The translations under genes and the position numbers were made by a program. Positions 20,151-32,304 of a DNA stretch of 64,000 nucleotides are shown one piece after another. The notes beneath the pieces are model-generated. The model ran no database searches. It saw only the letters and a list, made by a program, of their open reading frames with translations, and was not told the origin of the DNA. Position 1 is the stretch's first letter. Each line of letters starts with the position of its first letter. The DNA comes from an uncultured Gemmatimonadales bacterium (GTDB lineage Bacteria > Gemmatimonadota > Gemmatimonadetes > Gemmatimonadales > GWC2-71-9): positions 224,001 to 288,000 of the forward strand of contig CAWJMT010000037.1 in assembly GCA_963844035.1 (NCBI GenBank). Reading direction: 5' to 3'.

Positions 20151-21716
20151 GTGAGCGGCCCGATGGCCGCGCCGCCGCTACACTCCGATCATCCCGGCCT
20201 GAAGATCATCGCGGAGGTGACCGCGACCTTCACGGCCGGGTTCGCCTCTGAGGACGCGCTTGCCCAGGTCGTCGGCGTGCTGCGGCGCGGGCTCTCGTTG
20301 CGGCGCTGCCGGTTGTGGCGGCGCAACCCCAGCGGCAACGGCTACACATCGGTCACCATGTCGGGTGACGAAGCGGCGCTCGCCGGCCCCCCACCAATCG
20401 CGGAATGGATCGAGCAAGGGCCGCGCTGGGAGACGAGTCCAGCCGGCGCGCTGTTGCGGCTGCCCCTGTTGCACGAATCGACCTCGCTCGGCCTGCTCGA
20501 GGCCATCGTGCCGGAAGGACGCTTTCAGGGGGTCGCGCACGACGTGTTGGTCGTCGTGGCGCAGATCCTGGCGCCGGTGATTGCGGGCACTGAGTTGTCG
20601 CAGGATCTCGCGTCGGAAGTCGCGTTGCGCACCCGCGAAGTGGACGCGCAGCGCGGGTTTGCCGCCAAGATCATCGACTCACTCCCCGTGGGGTTGTACG
20701 TCATCGACCGCTCGTACCGGATCCGCGCCTGGAACCGCAAGCGGGAGGCCGGGACGCAGGGCGTCTCGCGCGAGGAGGCGGTGGGGCAGGAAATCTTCGA
20801 CGTGCTCGATCGCCAGCCCCGCGGCTTGCTCAAGCGGGAGTTCGACCGGGTGTTCGACACCGGCGAGATTCAGCAGATGGAAATGGAGTCTCAGGCGAGC
20901 GGCGGGAAGCGCTACTACCGGATCACCAAGATTCCCATGCGCCAGGAGGGCGACACGATCAGCCACGTGATCACCATCGGCGAGGATGTCACGGAGTGGC
21001 GCGATGCGCAGTACCGGCTCGCCGAAACGGAGAAGCTGGCTGCGGTCGGGCAGCTCGCCGCGGGGGTGATGCACGAGATCAACAACCCCCTCGCCACGAT
21101 TCTGGCGTGTAGCGAGGCGCTCGGGTTACGCAATGAGGACCTCCCTCCCGGGCACCGCCAGCACGCGGAGGAGTACCTCAAGATCATCGACACCGAGGTG
21201 CAGCGTTGCCGCCGCATTGTGGACGGCCTGCTCGATTTTTCGCGTCCCAAGAGCGGCGACCGGCAGCTGGTGGAGGTCAATGCGCTGATCGAGCAGACCC
21301 TGTTCCTGCTCAAGCACCACGACCGCTTCAAGCTGCTCACCCTGGTGCGCCACCTCGCCCCGGGACTCCGCCAGCTGCGCGCCGACCCCGAGCGGCTGAT
21401 TCAGAGCTTCATGGCCCTGATGCTCAACGCCATGGACGCCATGGATGCGCGCGGCGTGCTGACCGTGCGCACCGGGGTGAACCCCGACCGTGCCGACGAG
21501 GTCCTGGTGGAGCTGGTCGACACGGGGACCGGGATCAAGCAGGAGGACCTGCCCAAGATCTTCGAGCCGTTCTTCACGACCAAGCCGCCGGGCCGCGGGA
21601 CCGGGCTGGGGCTGTCGATCTGTTATGGGATCATTGCCGACCACCGCGGCCGGATCGAAGTGTCATCGCAAATCGGGGTCGGATCGACCTTTAAGGTGTA
21701 TCTCCCTGTTGGGTGA
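20151..21716 (+). CDS. PAS-domain sensor histidine kinase
   Basis: PAS domain (IIDSLPVGLYVID..WN), H-box GVMHEINNPL, DTGTGI, FEPFFTTK, GTGLGL. Confidence 0.92.
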   Translation: MSGPMAAPPLHSDHPGLKIIAEVTATFTAGFASEDALAQVVGVLRRGLSLRRCRLWRRNPSGNGYTSVTMSGDEAALAGPPPIAEWIEQGPRWETSPAGALLRLPLLHESTSLGLLEAIVPEGRFQGVAHDVLVVVAQILAPVIAGTELSQDLASEVALRTREVDAQRGFAAKIIDSLPVGLYVIDRSYRIRAWNRKREAGTQGVSREEAVGQEIFDVLDRQPRGLLKREFDRVFDTGEIQQMEMESQASGGKRYYRITKIPMRQEGDTISHVITIGEDVTEWRDAQYRLAETEKLAAVGQLAAGVMHEINNPLATILACSEALGLRNEDLPPGHRQHAEEYLKIIDTEVQRCRRIVDGLLDFSRPKSGDRQLVEVNALIEQTLFLLKHHDRFKLLTLVRHLAPGLRQLRADPERLIQSFMALMLNAMDAMDARGVLTVRTGVNPDRADEVLVELVDTGTGIKQEDLPKIFEPFFTTKPPGRGTGLGLSICYGIIADHRGRIEVSSQIGVGSTFKVYLPVG

Positions 21717-21790
21717 GGGGCCGGTGATCCCCTAGCGGCGGAACGAGAAATCGGGCTATTTCATAGGGAGCCGCCCGCGGAGGACGTGAC

Positions 21791-22465
21791 GTGTTCGATA
21801 CATTGATCGAATCGAAGCGCAAGACCGACCGGAAGAAGGCCTTCGGGGTGGGGACGGTGTCGCTGCTGGTCCACGGCGTGCTGATCGGGGCGGCGATCGT
21901 TGCCACCGTGCAGGCCGGCCAGAGCGACACGAAGGTACTAACGGATACCACGATGGTGATTCTGACAGAGGAACGGCAGAAGCCCCCCGAGGAGCAGCCG
22001 GTGCAGCTTGACGTGCCCCTCAAGGGATTTCAGACCGTTATTGCGCCAACCGAAATCCCCACGAACATTCCGCCGATCAACCTTCAGGAGAAGTTCGACC
22101 CGAAGGACTACTCCGGCTCGGGAGTCGAGGGGGGAATAGCTGCCGGCATGGTCCCGACGGGCGAGGTGTACGCCGAGGCGCTGGTCGATGAGAAGCCGAG
22201 TGTGCTGTCGGGGGCGCCCGCGCCATATCCCGAGATGTTGAAGCAGGCGGGGATTCAGGGCCGAGTGCTCGTCCAGGCGGTCATCGACACGATGGGCCGC
22301 GCCGAGCCGGGCTCCGTCCGGATCATCCAGAGCCCGAACGCCCTTTTCGACCAAGGATCGAAAAACTACGTGTCGCACGCGTTGTTCCGCCCGGCCCGGG
22401 TCCGCGGGCACGCGGTGCGGGTGCTGATTCAGATACCGATCGACTACCACATCACGGGCCGGTAG
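21791..22465 (+). CDS. tonB: TonB energy transducer
   Basis: N-terminal TM with SxxxH, Pro-rich linker, YP....AGIQGRV C-terminal domain. Confidence 0.88.
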   Translation: MFDTLIESKRKTDRKKAFGVGTVSLLVHGVLIGAAIVATVQAGQSDTKVLTDTTMVILTEERQKPPEEQPVQLDVPLKGFQTVIAPTEIPTNIPPINLQEKFDPKDYSGSGVEGGIAAGMVPTGEVYAEALVDEKPSVLSGAPAPYPEMLKQAGIQGRVLVQAVIDTMGRAEPGSVRIIQSPNALFDQGSKNYVSHALFRPARVRGHAVRVLIQIPIDYHITGR

Positions 22466-22501
22466 CTCTTACATCCCCGACTGGCAGAGGAGTCTGCACA
22501 C

Positions 22502-23248
22502 ATGCCTTCGCTCTACGAACTGTTCGCGTCCATGGGGTACTTCGCCAAGTTCATTGTGTTCGTCTTGGCGTTCATGTCGGTGTTCTCCTGGGCGGGCGCC
22601 ATCGGCAAGCTGGCGCAGATCCTTCGGTCGGAGCGCGAGACGCGGAAGTTCGCCCCGGCGTTTTCCCGTATGCTCAAAGAAGAGCAGCTCGACGGCGCCA
22701 TCAAACTCGCCGAGGGGGCCCGGAAGAGCCACGTCGCGCGCGTCGTAGGCGAGGCGCTGGCGGAGGTGAAGCCGCTGTTGCGTGATCGGGCCACGATCAC
22801 GGCGGCGGACATCAATTCGGTGGAGCGCTCGGTCGAGCGGGAGATCCTGATCGTGTCGGCCGAGCTGAAGCGCGGCCTCGGGCTGCTCGCGACGACCGGC
22901 TCCACGGCGCCGTTTGTTGGCCTGCTCGGCACCGTCATGGGCATCGTGAACGCCTTCACCGGCATGGCGGCGTCGGGCGGCGGCGGCTCACTCGCCTCGG
23001 TGTCCGCGGGTATCGCCGAAGCACTGATCACGACGGCGTTCGGCCTGATCGTCGCCATCCCGGCGGTCTGGCTCTACAACTACTTCACGACCAAGATCGA
23101 TTTCCTGTCGGTCGAGATGACCTACAATTCCAAAGAGCTGATCGACTACCTCATCAAGAGCGTGGGCTCGGAGTTCGGTCGCTCGATCTTCACCAAGGAG
23201 TTCCAGACGCAGAAGGCGTCACAGACCAGTGGCCCTATCAGTCGGTAA
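22502..23248 (+). CDS. exbB: MotA/TolQ/ExbB proton channel
   Basis: TAPFVGLLGTVMGI, GIAEALITTAFGL.VAIPA. Confidence 0.92.
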   Translation: MPSLYELFASMGYFAKFIVFVLAFMSVFSWAGAIGKLAQILRSERETRKFAPAFSRMLKEEQLDGAIKLAEGARKSHVARVVGEALAEVKPLLRDRATITAADINSVERSVEREILIVSAELKRGLGLLATTGSTAPFVGLLGTVMGIVNAFTGMAASGGGGSLASVSAGIAEALITTAFGLIVAIPAVWLYNYFTTKIDFLSVEMTYNSKELIDYLIKSVGSEFGRSIFTKEFQTQKASQTSGPISR

Positions 23249-23681
23249 CGCCAGGGCGGCCGTCAAGGCCGATATCAACGTCACGCCGCTGATCGACGTG
23301 ATGCTGGTGCTGCTCATCATCTTCATGATCGTCACCCCGATCATCGCGGCGGGATTCCAGGCGACGCTGCCGCGCAGCGAGAACCCGGAAACCCGTCCCG
23401 AAGGGCCGGACGAAATCCGTCTCGGCATCGACCGGGACGGCAAGTACTACCTCGACACCGGCGCGGGCCCCCAGCCGGTCCCGGACGCGGACCTGCCGGC
23501 GCGGCTCCAGGGCCTGTACGCCACCCGCACGCGGGACCGCATCCTGTTTCTCAAGGCGGATCAAGACCTCGACTTCGCGCGGGTGCAGCGCGCGATCGAG
23601 ATCGCACGGTCATCCGGCGTGCGCGTGGTGGGAGCGATCACGGAGCAGAAGCAGGTGATCATTAAGAAGAAGGGGAGCTAA
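23229..23681 (+). CDS. exbD: ExbD/TolR
   Basis: INVTPLIDVMLVLLIIFM, LKAD. Confidence 0.92.
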   Translation: MALSVGNARAAVKADINVTPLIDVMLVLLIIFMIVTPIIAAGFQATLPRSENPETRPEGPDEIRLGIDRDGKYYLDTGAGPQPVPDADLPARLQGLYATRTRDRILFLKADQDLDFARVQRAIEIARSSGVRVVGAITEQKQVIIKKKGS

Positions 23682-23684
23682 CCG

Positions 23685-24104
23685 ATGGCGATGGGGTCCA
23701 CCGGCGGCGGCGACGGGCTCAGCTCCGACATCAACGTCACGCCGTTGATCGACGTGCTGCTCGTGCTGCTGATCATCTTCATGATCACGCAGCCGCTGTC
23801 GCGCAAGGCGTTCGACGTGCAGGTGCCGCCGGAGCAGCACGCCCAGTCGAAGCAGCAGCCGTCGAGCCAGATCGTCCTCGAGCTGACCGCGGACGGCGCG
23901 TTCAAGATCAACAACACGCCCTATACCCTGAGCCAGCTCGAGGCTGCCTTTCACCAGATCTACGACCCGCGTCCGGCCAAGCTCCTGTTCATCAAGGCCG
24001 CACCGAACCGCAAGTACGGCGACGTGATGCAGGCGATGGACATTGCCCACGGCGCGGGCGTGCAGGTGATCGGATTCACGCCGCCGGGACCCAGCCAGAA
24101 CTAG
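23685..24104 (+). CDS. exbD: ExbD/TolR, second copy
   Basis: INVTPLIDVLLVLLIIFM, YGDVMQAMD. Confidence 0.92.
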   Translation: MAMGSTGGGDGLSSDINVTPLIDVLLVLLIIFMITQPLSRKAFDVQVPPEQHAQSKQQPSSQIVLELTADGAFKINNTPYTLSQLEAAFHQIYDPRPAKLLFIKAAPNRKYGDVMQAMDIAHGAGVQVIGFTPPGPSQN

Positions 24105-24786
24105 CCGGGCGGCCGGCGTTCGCGCTCGGCCTGCCCACCGCTCCTCGCCGCACCGCCCCGAGCGCTGCGCTTTCGTTCCTCCTCCACGGGGCGATCATCG
24201 GAGCCCTGGTGTGGGCCGGCGCGTCCCGCCGCCGCGCCGGTACCGGAGCCGGGCCCGACGGCGGCCGGCGGGGGCGGGGCCCGTTCGCCGGTGAACTTCT
24301 TCGTCCTGCGCGGGGGCGCCTCCGCCCCCTCCGCCGTAGACCTACCGGTCCCCAGCGTTGCCGTCACCAGTCTTCCCGCCCTCAGCCGCATCGCGGTCGA
24401 CCTGCCCCAGGTGAACCTCGGTCCCGACTCCGGCACCGGAGGCACCCCCGGGCCGGGCGCAAGCCCCGGGTCGGGGATCGGCTCCGGGGAGGGGTCTGGA
24501 ACGGGGGGCGAAGGCGATTACATTGTCATCGCCTCACCGCGGACGCATGATCGTTCCGCCGCAAGGCCCCCGGCTCGGTGGCCGGCCACACCTACCACGT
24601 CCGATTTTGGGTGGGGGCCGACGGGCGCGTCTACCCGGGTGGAGGTCGATCCACCGATCGCCGACGAGGCGTACCGCCGGGAGTTCCTCGAGCGCATGCT
24701 GGCGTACCAGTTCGTTCCCGCGCAAACGCGCGATGGGCGGAACGTCGCAAGCGTTCGTTACCGTCACTCTACGAATCGGACAATAG
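24104..24786 (+). CDS. TonB-like protein (frameshifted; start not resolved)
   Basis: TM SFLLHG, Gly-rich linker GSGIGSGEGSGTGG, C-terminal VRFWVGADGRV...YQFVPA..RDG. Confidence 0.5.
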
Positions 24787-24822
24787 CCCGCCTGAGGCGG
24801 GCTCCAAGGAGCCGACTACCAC

Positions 24823-26958
<2,136 letters not shown>

Positions 26959-26966
26959 TGACGATT

Positions 26967-27033
26967 GGGGACGGGGGACGGGGGACGAGGGACGGGTGGT
27001 TACCCCGTCCCCCCTCCCTCGTCCCCCTTCCCG
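26967..27033. repeat. Heptamer tandem-repeat palindrome
   Basis: (GGGGACG)x3 plus AGGGACG, a loop, then four inverted CGTCCCC-like units. Confidence 0.8.
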
Positions 27034-27041
27034 TTTAGCTC

Positions 27042-28541
27042 ATGTCCCAGCTCTTCTCCCGCAAACCCATTGCCGAACTGGTCGCCGACGCGTCCGGCCC
27101 TCACGGGCTGAAGCGCGCGCTCGGCGCCGGCGATCTCGTGATGCTCGCCATCGGCGCGGTGATCGGCGCCGGGATCTTTGGAGCGATTGGGACCGCCGCC
27201 GCCGGCCAGTACGACGCCGCCGGCAACGTGGTGCGCAGCGGCGCCGGACCGGCGCTCGTGGTTTCGTTCATGCTGCTGGGTGTCGCCTGCGCGCTCGCCG
27301 GCCTCTGCTACGCGGAGCTGGCCGCGATGATCCCCCAGGCCGGGAGCGCCTATGCCTACTCCTACGCGACGCTGGGGGAGCTGGTCGCCTGGATTATCGG
27401 CTGGGACCTGATCCTCGAGTACGCCGTCGGCAACGTCGCGGTCGCGATCTCGTGGGGCGACTACTTCACGTCGCTGCTCCGCAGCTTCGGCGTGGCGTTT
27501 CCCGCGTGGCTCACGACCGGGTACCGGACGGCGCTCCTGTCCCCCGATCCGGCGCTCCACGGCCTGCTGGACAGCGCGCCGCACCTCGCCGGCGTCCCGG
27601 TGCTCGTGAACGTGCCCGCGTTCGCGATCGTCATGCTCATCACGTGGCTGCTGCTGCTCGGGGTGCGCGAGAGCGCGACCGCGAACAACATCATGGTCAC
27701 CATCAAGCTGCTGGTGCTCGGCCTGTTCATCGTCGTCGGGCTGACCCACATCAATCCGGCGAACTACCAGCCGTTCGCCCCCAACGGGTTCCGGGGGATC
27801 CACCAGGGGGCGGCGATCGTCTTTTTCGCCTACATCGGCTTCGACGCGATCTCCACGGCCGCGGAGGAAACCAAGAACCCGCAGCGCAATCTCCCGATCG
27901 GCATCCTGGGCGGGCTCGCCATCTGCACGGTCATCTACGTGATCGTGGGCGCGGTCCTCACCGGGATGGTCCCCTACACCGAGCTCGGCGTGGCCGATCC
28001 GCTCGCGAAGGCGCTCAATAGCGCGGGGTTCCATACGGTGGGGTGGATCGTCGCGCTCGGGGCGATCGTCTCGATGTCCGCCGTGCTGCTGGTGTTCCAG
28101 TACGGGCAGCCGCGCATCTTCTACGCCATGGCGCGCGACGGCCTGCTCCCGCAGTGGGCCGCGAAACTGCACCCCAAACATCGGGTCCCGCATGTGACGA
28201 CCCTCTTGACCGGCATCGTCGTCGCCCTCTGGGCGCTGATCGGGGACGCCGCCGAGACGTACGATCTCACCAACATCGGTACGCTGTTCGCCTTCGCCCT
28301 GGTGGCGATCGGCGTGCTCGTGCTGCGCTACAAGGACCCTGACCGGCACCGGCCGTTCCGCGTGCCGTTCGTGTGGCCCATCTCGCTCACCGCCACCGCG
28401 CTGTGCGTGTTCGTGATGGTAGGCCTGCCCCGCCAGGCCTGGGAGCGGTTCGCGATCTGGCTCGCCCTGGGGATCGCGCTCTACTTCTTGTACGGAGTCC
28501 GCCACAGCCGCCTGCGCCGGTCCAAAGCCCCGCCGCCGTGA
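27042..28541 (+). CDS. APC-family amino-acid permease
   Basis: GAVIGAGIF, CYAELA, GSAY, FAYIGFD, EETKNPQR, MARDGLLP. Confidence 0.93.
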   Translation: MSQLFSRKPIAELVADASGPHGLKRALGAGDLVMLAIGAVIGAGIFGAIGTAAAGQYDAAGNVVRSGAGPALVVSFMLLGVACALAGLCYAELAAMIPQAGSAYAYSYATLGELVAWIIGWDLILEYAVGNVAVAISWGDYFTSLLRSFGVAFPAWLTTGYRTALLSPDPALHGLLDSAPHLAGVPVLVNVPAFAIVMLITWLLLLGVRESATANNIMVTIKLLVLGLFIVVGLTHINPANYQPFAPNGFRGIHQGAAIVFFAYIGFDAISTAAEETKNPQRNLPIGILGGLAICTVIYVIVGAVLTGMVPYTELGVADPLAKALNSAGFHTVGWIVALGAIVSMSAVLLVFQYGQPRIFYAMARDGLLPQWAAKLHPKHRVPHVTTLLTGIVVALWALIGDAAETYDLTNIGTLFAFALVAIGVLVLRYKDPDRHRPFRVPFVWPISLTATALCVFVMVGLPRQAWERFAIWLALGIALYFLYGVRHSRLRRSKAPPP

Positions 28542-29830
28542 CGCGGCCCACCAGGATCGTCCTGGGTCTGGCACTCGGCGCGGCGTCAGGCATCGCCGCC
28601 CACGTGTTCGGAGCCGGGGCGCCGTGGGTGCAGTGGGTCGGTGACAACATCGCGAACCCCGCAGGCCAGATTTTCCTTCGTCTCCTCCTCATGACCGTGA
28701 TTCCACTGGTATTCACCTCCACTACCCTCGCAGTCGCCGGCTGGGGCGACATCCGCAAGGTGGGGCGCGTGGGTGCGCGGACGATCGGGTACTTCCTCGT
28801 ATCCACTGCCGCTGCCGCGGTCCTGGGACTGCTGCTCGTGCAGGTAGTGCGGCCAGGAGAAGGGGTGGAGCCGTCGGTGCGTGAAAGCCTGATGGCCACC
28901 TATCGCGCGCAGGCGCAGGGGATACAGGGAGGCGGCACGCGGTTCGGTCTCGAGACTTTCATCAATATGGTCCCGCGAAATCCGATTCAGGCGGCGGCCA
29001 ACCTCGACATCCTCGGCGTCATCGTGTTTGCCCTGGCGTTCGGCGCCGCCCTCGCGCTCATCCCGCGCGACAAGGCCCGGCCGATCCTGCGGGTGCTCGA
29101 CGCGCTGGAGCAGGCGATCGCCAAGATCATCGACGTCGTCATGCACCTCGCCCCCTTCGGCGTGTTCGCGCTGGTATTCGTCGCGACGGCGCAGTTCGGG
29201 TGGGAGTTGCTGCGGGATCTGGGGCCGTACGTTGCGGTCGTGCTGATCGGACTGGCGTTGCACTGCGCCATCGTGCTTTCGGCGCTGGTGCGCATCGCCG
29301 GAGGCTTGAGCCCCACGGTGTTCTGGGGGCGGATCGGCACCAGCATCGTGACGGCATTTTCCACCAGCTCGAGCACCGCCACGCTTCCCACCAATATCGC
29401 CGTGGCGGAGCGGGAGCTCGGGATCCCGCCCGAGATCGCCCGGTTCGTGCTGCCGCTCGGCTCCACGTTGTGCGCGAACGGGACGGCGCTGTTCCTGGCC
29501 GTCACGGTGCCGTTCCTGGTGCAGGTGTTCGGCATGACGCTCAACATCACGGCTCAGGGCGTGGTGCTTGTGCTGTGTGTGCTGACGGCGGCCGGCGCGG
29601 CTGGGATGCCCGGTGGAGCGCTCCCGATGTTGATAGCGGTGCTGGCGGCGGTGGGCATTGCGCCCGCGGGAATCGCGATCATCCTGGGCGTGGATCGCAT
29701 TCTCGACATGTCGCGGACGACCGTGAATGTCTGTGCGGGCCTGAGCGCCGCGGTGTATGTGGCGCGGAAGGAAAGCGCCTGGGGCGCGCACGCGGTGGGC
29801 CGGCCGGCGCCACCCACGCCGGCGGTCTAG
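28538..29830 (+). CDS. Dicarboxylate/amino acid:cation symporter (GltP family)
   Basis: AFSTSSS.ATLP, FVLPLG, GVDRILDM.RT.VNV. Confidence 0.9.
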   Translation: MTRPTRIVLGLALGAASGIAAHVFGAGAPWVQWVGDNIANPAGQIFLRLLLMTVIPLVFTSTTLAVAGWGDIRKVGRVGARTIGYFLVSTAAAAVLGLLLVQVVRPGEGVEPSVRESLMATYRAQAQGIQGGGTRFGLETFINMVPRNPIQAAANLDILGVIVFALAFGAALALIPRDKARPILRVLDALEQAIAKIIDVVMHLAPFGVFALVFVATAQFGWELLRDLGPYVAVVLIGLALHCAIVLSALVRIAGGLSPTVFWGRIGTSIVTAFSTSSSTATLPTNIAVAERELGIPPEIARFVLPLGSTLCANGTALFLAVTVPFLVQVFGMTLNITAQGVVLVLCVLTAAGAAGMPGGALPMLIAVLAAVGIAPAGIAIILGVDRILDMSRTTVNVCAGLSAAVYVARKESAWGAHAVGRPAPPTPAV

Positions 29831-30765
29831 GCGAGCGCCGCGGCCAGCTTCAGCGCACCCACCGCCGAATCGATCCGCGTGGTGAACAGGTGCGCGCGAG
29901 GCATGTCGGTGGTGAGGATCTCCTTGAACGCGATCCCCACTGGCGAGTCGGGGCTGAGCAGCCCGCCCGCGGTCGCGAGGGGAATCGGCTCCGTGCCCGG
30001 GAAGTGCCGCTGCAGGGCGACGGCGAGTCCCACCAGCTCGCGGGCCGCGTCCGCCGCGGCGCGCTGAGCGATCGCTTCGCCTTCCCGCGCGGCGTTCAGG
30101 ACGTGGGGAGCGAGCGCCGCGACCTGCGATGGGGCGGCGGTGACCGACCAGCGGACCAGGTCGTCGAAGCTGCGCAGGCCGAGTGACGCCAGCAGTCGTG
30201 CGAGCAGCGTGGAGCCCTCACCACGGCCGTCGTGGGCGCGGGCGGCGACGTCGAGTGCGCGGCGTCCCAGCCAGTATCCGCCCCCTTCGTCGCCGAGCTG
30301 CCAGCCGTAGCCGCCGCAGCGATGCAGCGTTCCGCCCTCGTCGCGCGCGAACGCGATCGATCCCGTCCCGGCGTTCACGATGATCCCCGGTCCTGTCCCG
30401 AACACCGCCGCCAGCGCCACCGCGCCGTCGGGCAGGACGCGCACGGTGCGTGCGACCCCGGCCTCTCGCACCGCGGCGGCGAGCGCCTCCTGTTCCTGCG
30501 CGCGCCCGGCGCCCGCCGCGCCGATGACGGCGCGGTCGGCGGGAAGCGGCACTCCGGCCTGGGCCGCGGCGCGCCGTGCGGTATCGGCGATGACGGCGGC
30601 TGCCGTGGCCGCACCGCCGGGTTTCATCGCCGATGGGGGGCCCTCGGCGCGGCCTTGAATCGAGTGGTCCTCACGACCCACCACAACGGCGCAGTGAGAC
30701 GCGCCGCAATCGATACCTAGCAGGATGGCGGTCGGGCGGTCAGGCGGTCGGGCGGTCACCGGCAT
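29827..30765 (-). CDS. BadF/BadG-type amino-sugar kinase (GlcNAc/MurNAc kinase-like)
   Basis: LGID.G, AGTGSIA, RCGGYGWQLGDEGGGYWLG. Confidence 0.85.
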   Translation of the reverse strand: MPVTARPPDRPTAILLGIDCGASHCAVVVGREDHSIQGRAEGPPSAMKPGGAATAAAVIADTARRAAAQAGVPLPADRAVIGAAGAGRAQEQEALAAAVREAGVARTVRVLPDGAVALAAVFGTGPGIIVNAGTGSIAFARDEGGTLHRCGGYGWQLGDEGGGYWLGRRALDVAARAHDGRGEGSTLLARLLASLGLRSFDDLVRWSVTAAPSQVAALAPHVLNAAREGEAIAQRAAADAARELVGLAVALQRHFPGTEPIPLATAGGLLSPDSPVGIAFKEILTTDMPRAHLFTTRIDSAVGALKLAAALA

Positions 30766-30808
30766 CGGTTACGCCTTGACCGGCTGACCGGCTGACCGGC
30801 CGACCGCC
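30727..30808. repeat. Octamer tandem-repeat palindrome overlapping two CDS ends
   Basis: (GGCGGTCR)x4 at 30727-30758, inverted arm (YGACCGSC)x4 at 30777-30808. Confidence 0.85.
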
Positions 30809-32253
30809 GACGACAACATCCCAACCGCCACCGTCAACGCCGTTCCGAGCGGGACGTACCAGGGCCACGCGAGTCCGGGCAGCCAGCGGACGGGGAAGTG
30901 CGGGATGACGGTGCCGAATACGATCGGGCTCATCAGCAGCGTGCTGGCGCATAGGGCGACGATCGCATCGCGTTGCCGCGCCCGCGGCCACATCCCGCCG
31001 AGTATGTAGGTGCCCAACAATCCCCCATAGGTGATGGACGCCACACTCAACGCCAGCTGCACAACCGGTGTGTTCTGGTTGCGGAACGCGCTGGCGCCCG
31101 CGACGAGCACCACGGTCCAGAAGAGCGTGAGCCAGCGTCCCACGCGCAGCAGGTGCATCGGGTCCCGCCGTCCGGTGAGCGGCGCATAGAAATCATAGGC
31201 CGACGCGGACGCGAGCGAGTTCACCGCCGAGGCGTGACTGCTCATCGCCGCGGCGAGGATGCCGGCCACGACCAGCCCGGCCAGGCCCGCGGGGAGCTGG
31301 GCGATCACGAACGTGGGATAGATCGCGTCGCTCCGCATCCCGGGCTGATCCGCGCCGGCCAGCCACAGGCTCGTGCCCACGAGCAGGAACAGGGCGAACT
31401 GGGCGATGATGAACACCCCGGACCCGATCAGCGCGCGCTGCGCGTCCCGCAGGTTGCGGGCGGCGAGCAGCCGCTGGACGATCAGGTGGTCGGTGCCGTG
31501 CGACGCTCCGGCCAGCAGGGCCCCGCCCACCAGGCCACCCCAGAACGTGTAGAGCACGGTGAACGACGTACGCAGATCGAACGTGGTGAGTTTCCCGGCG
31601 TCCCAGGCCCGTTCGTAGGCACCGATGCCGCCTGCCAGGTGCGTGGCGACGACCAGGGTCGCGATGCCGCCCAGCAGGTACACGCCGAGCTGGATGACAT
31701 CCACCCACACGACCGCGCGCAGCCCGCCGACCCACGTGTAGATCAACGTGACGAAGCCGATCGCCAGGATGCCCACGGTCATGTTCCAGTGCGTGATGAT
31801 CGCCAGCGGGATGGCCGTGGCGAAGATCCGGACGCAATCGGCCAGCGCGCGGGTCACGAGGAACACGGCGGATGCCGCGCGCCGCGCCGCGGGCCCGAAG
31901 CGGCGCTCGAGCCGCTGGTAGGCGGTGTCCTGGGTGCCCTCGAAGTAGCCCGGGAGCAGCAGGGCGGCGACGCCGATCCGTCCCACGAGATACCCGAACG
32001 CGATCTGGAGAAACGTGAGGTTGCCGCGCGCGGCGATCCCCGGGACGGAAATCACCGTGACGGCGGAGGTCTCGGTCGCGACCACCGACAGCATCAGCGC
32101 CCACCAGGGCAGGCCGCGGTGGCCCAGGAAGTAGTCGCTGGCGTCGCGCTGCCGCCCGGCGAACAGCAGCCCGGCCACCAGCACGGCGGCGCAATACAGG
32201 ATGATGACGGCTATGTCGAGCGGGCGCAGGGGAGGGGCTCCGCTACCTAACAA
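30769..32253 (-). CDS. Sodium:solute symporter (start uncertain)
   Basis: DYFLG.R.LPWW, SVVATETS, GGLRAVVW.D, VQRLLA, AAAMSS. Confidence 0.9.
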   Translation of the reverse strand: MLGSGAPPLRPLDIAVIILYCAAVLVAGLLFAGRQRDASDYFLGHRGLPWWALMLSVVATETSAVTVISVPGIAARGNLTFLQIAFGYLVGRIGVAALLLPGYFEGTQDTAYQRLERRFGPAARRAASAVFLVTRALADCVRIFATAIPLAIITHWNMTVGILAIGFVTLIYTWVGGLRAVVWVDVIQLGVYLLGGIATLVVATHLAGGIGAYERAWDAGKLTTFDLRTSFTVLYTFWGGLVGGALLAGASHGTDHLIVQRLLAARNLRDAQRALIGSGVFIIAQFALFLLVGTSLWLAGADQPGMRSDAIYPTFVIAQLPAGLAGLVVAGILAAAMSSHASAVNSLASASAYDFYAPLTGRRDPMHLLRVGRWLTLFWTVVLVAGASAFRNQNTPVVQLALSVASITYGGLLGTYILGGMWPRARQRDAIVALCASTLLMSPIVFGTVIPHFPVRWLPGLAWPWYVPLGTALTVAVGMLSSAVGRSAGQPVKA

Positions 32254-32279
32254 AAACGGCCCGCGACGAGCGCGGGCCG
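32249..32279 (-). terminator. Intrinsic terminator after iscA
   Basis: Stem CGGCCCGCG/CGCGGGCCG with a 5-nt loop, followed on the minus strand by TTTTTGTT. Confidence 0.75.
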
Positions 32280-32304
32280 GGGAACCATCAGGGAGGTCAA
32301 GCGG

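Noticed and set aside
24104..24210. Non-canonical start codon for the TonB-like gene
   Set aside because: No ATG/GTG/TTG precedes its TM segment, but the gene has other indels, so an assembly error is the simpler explanation.
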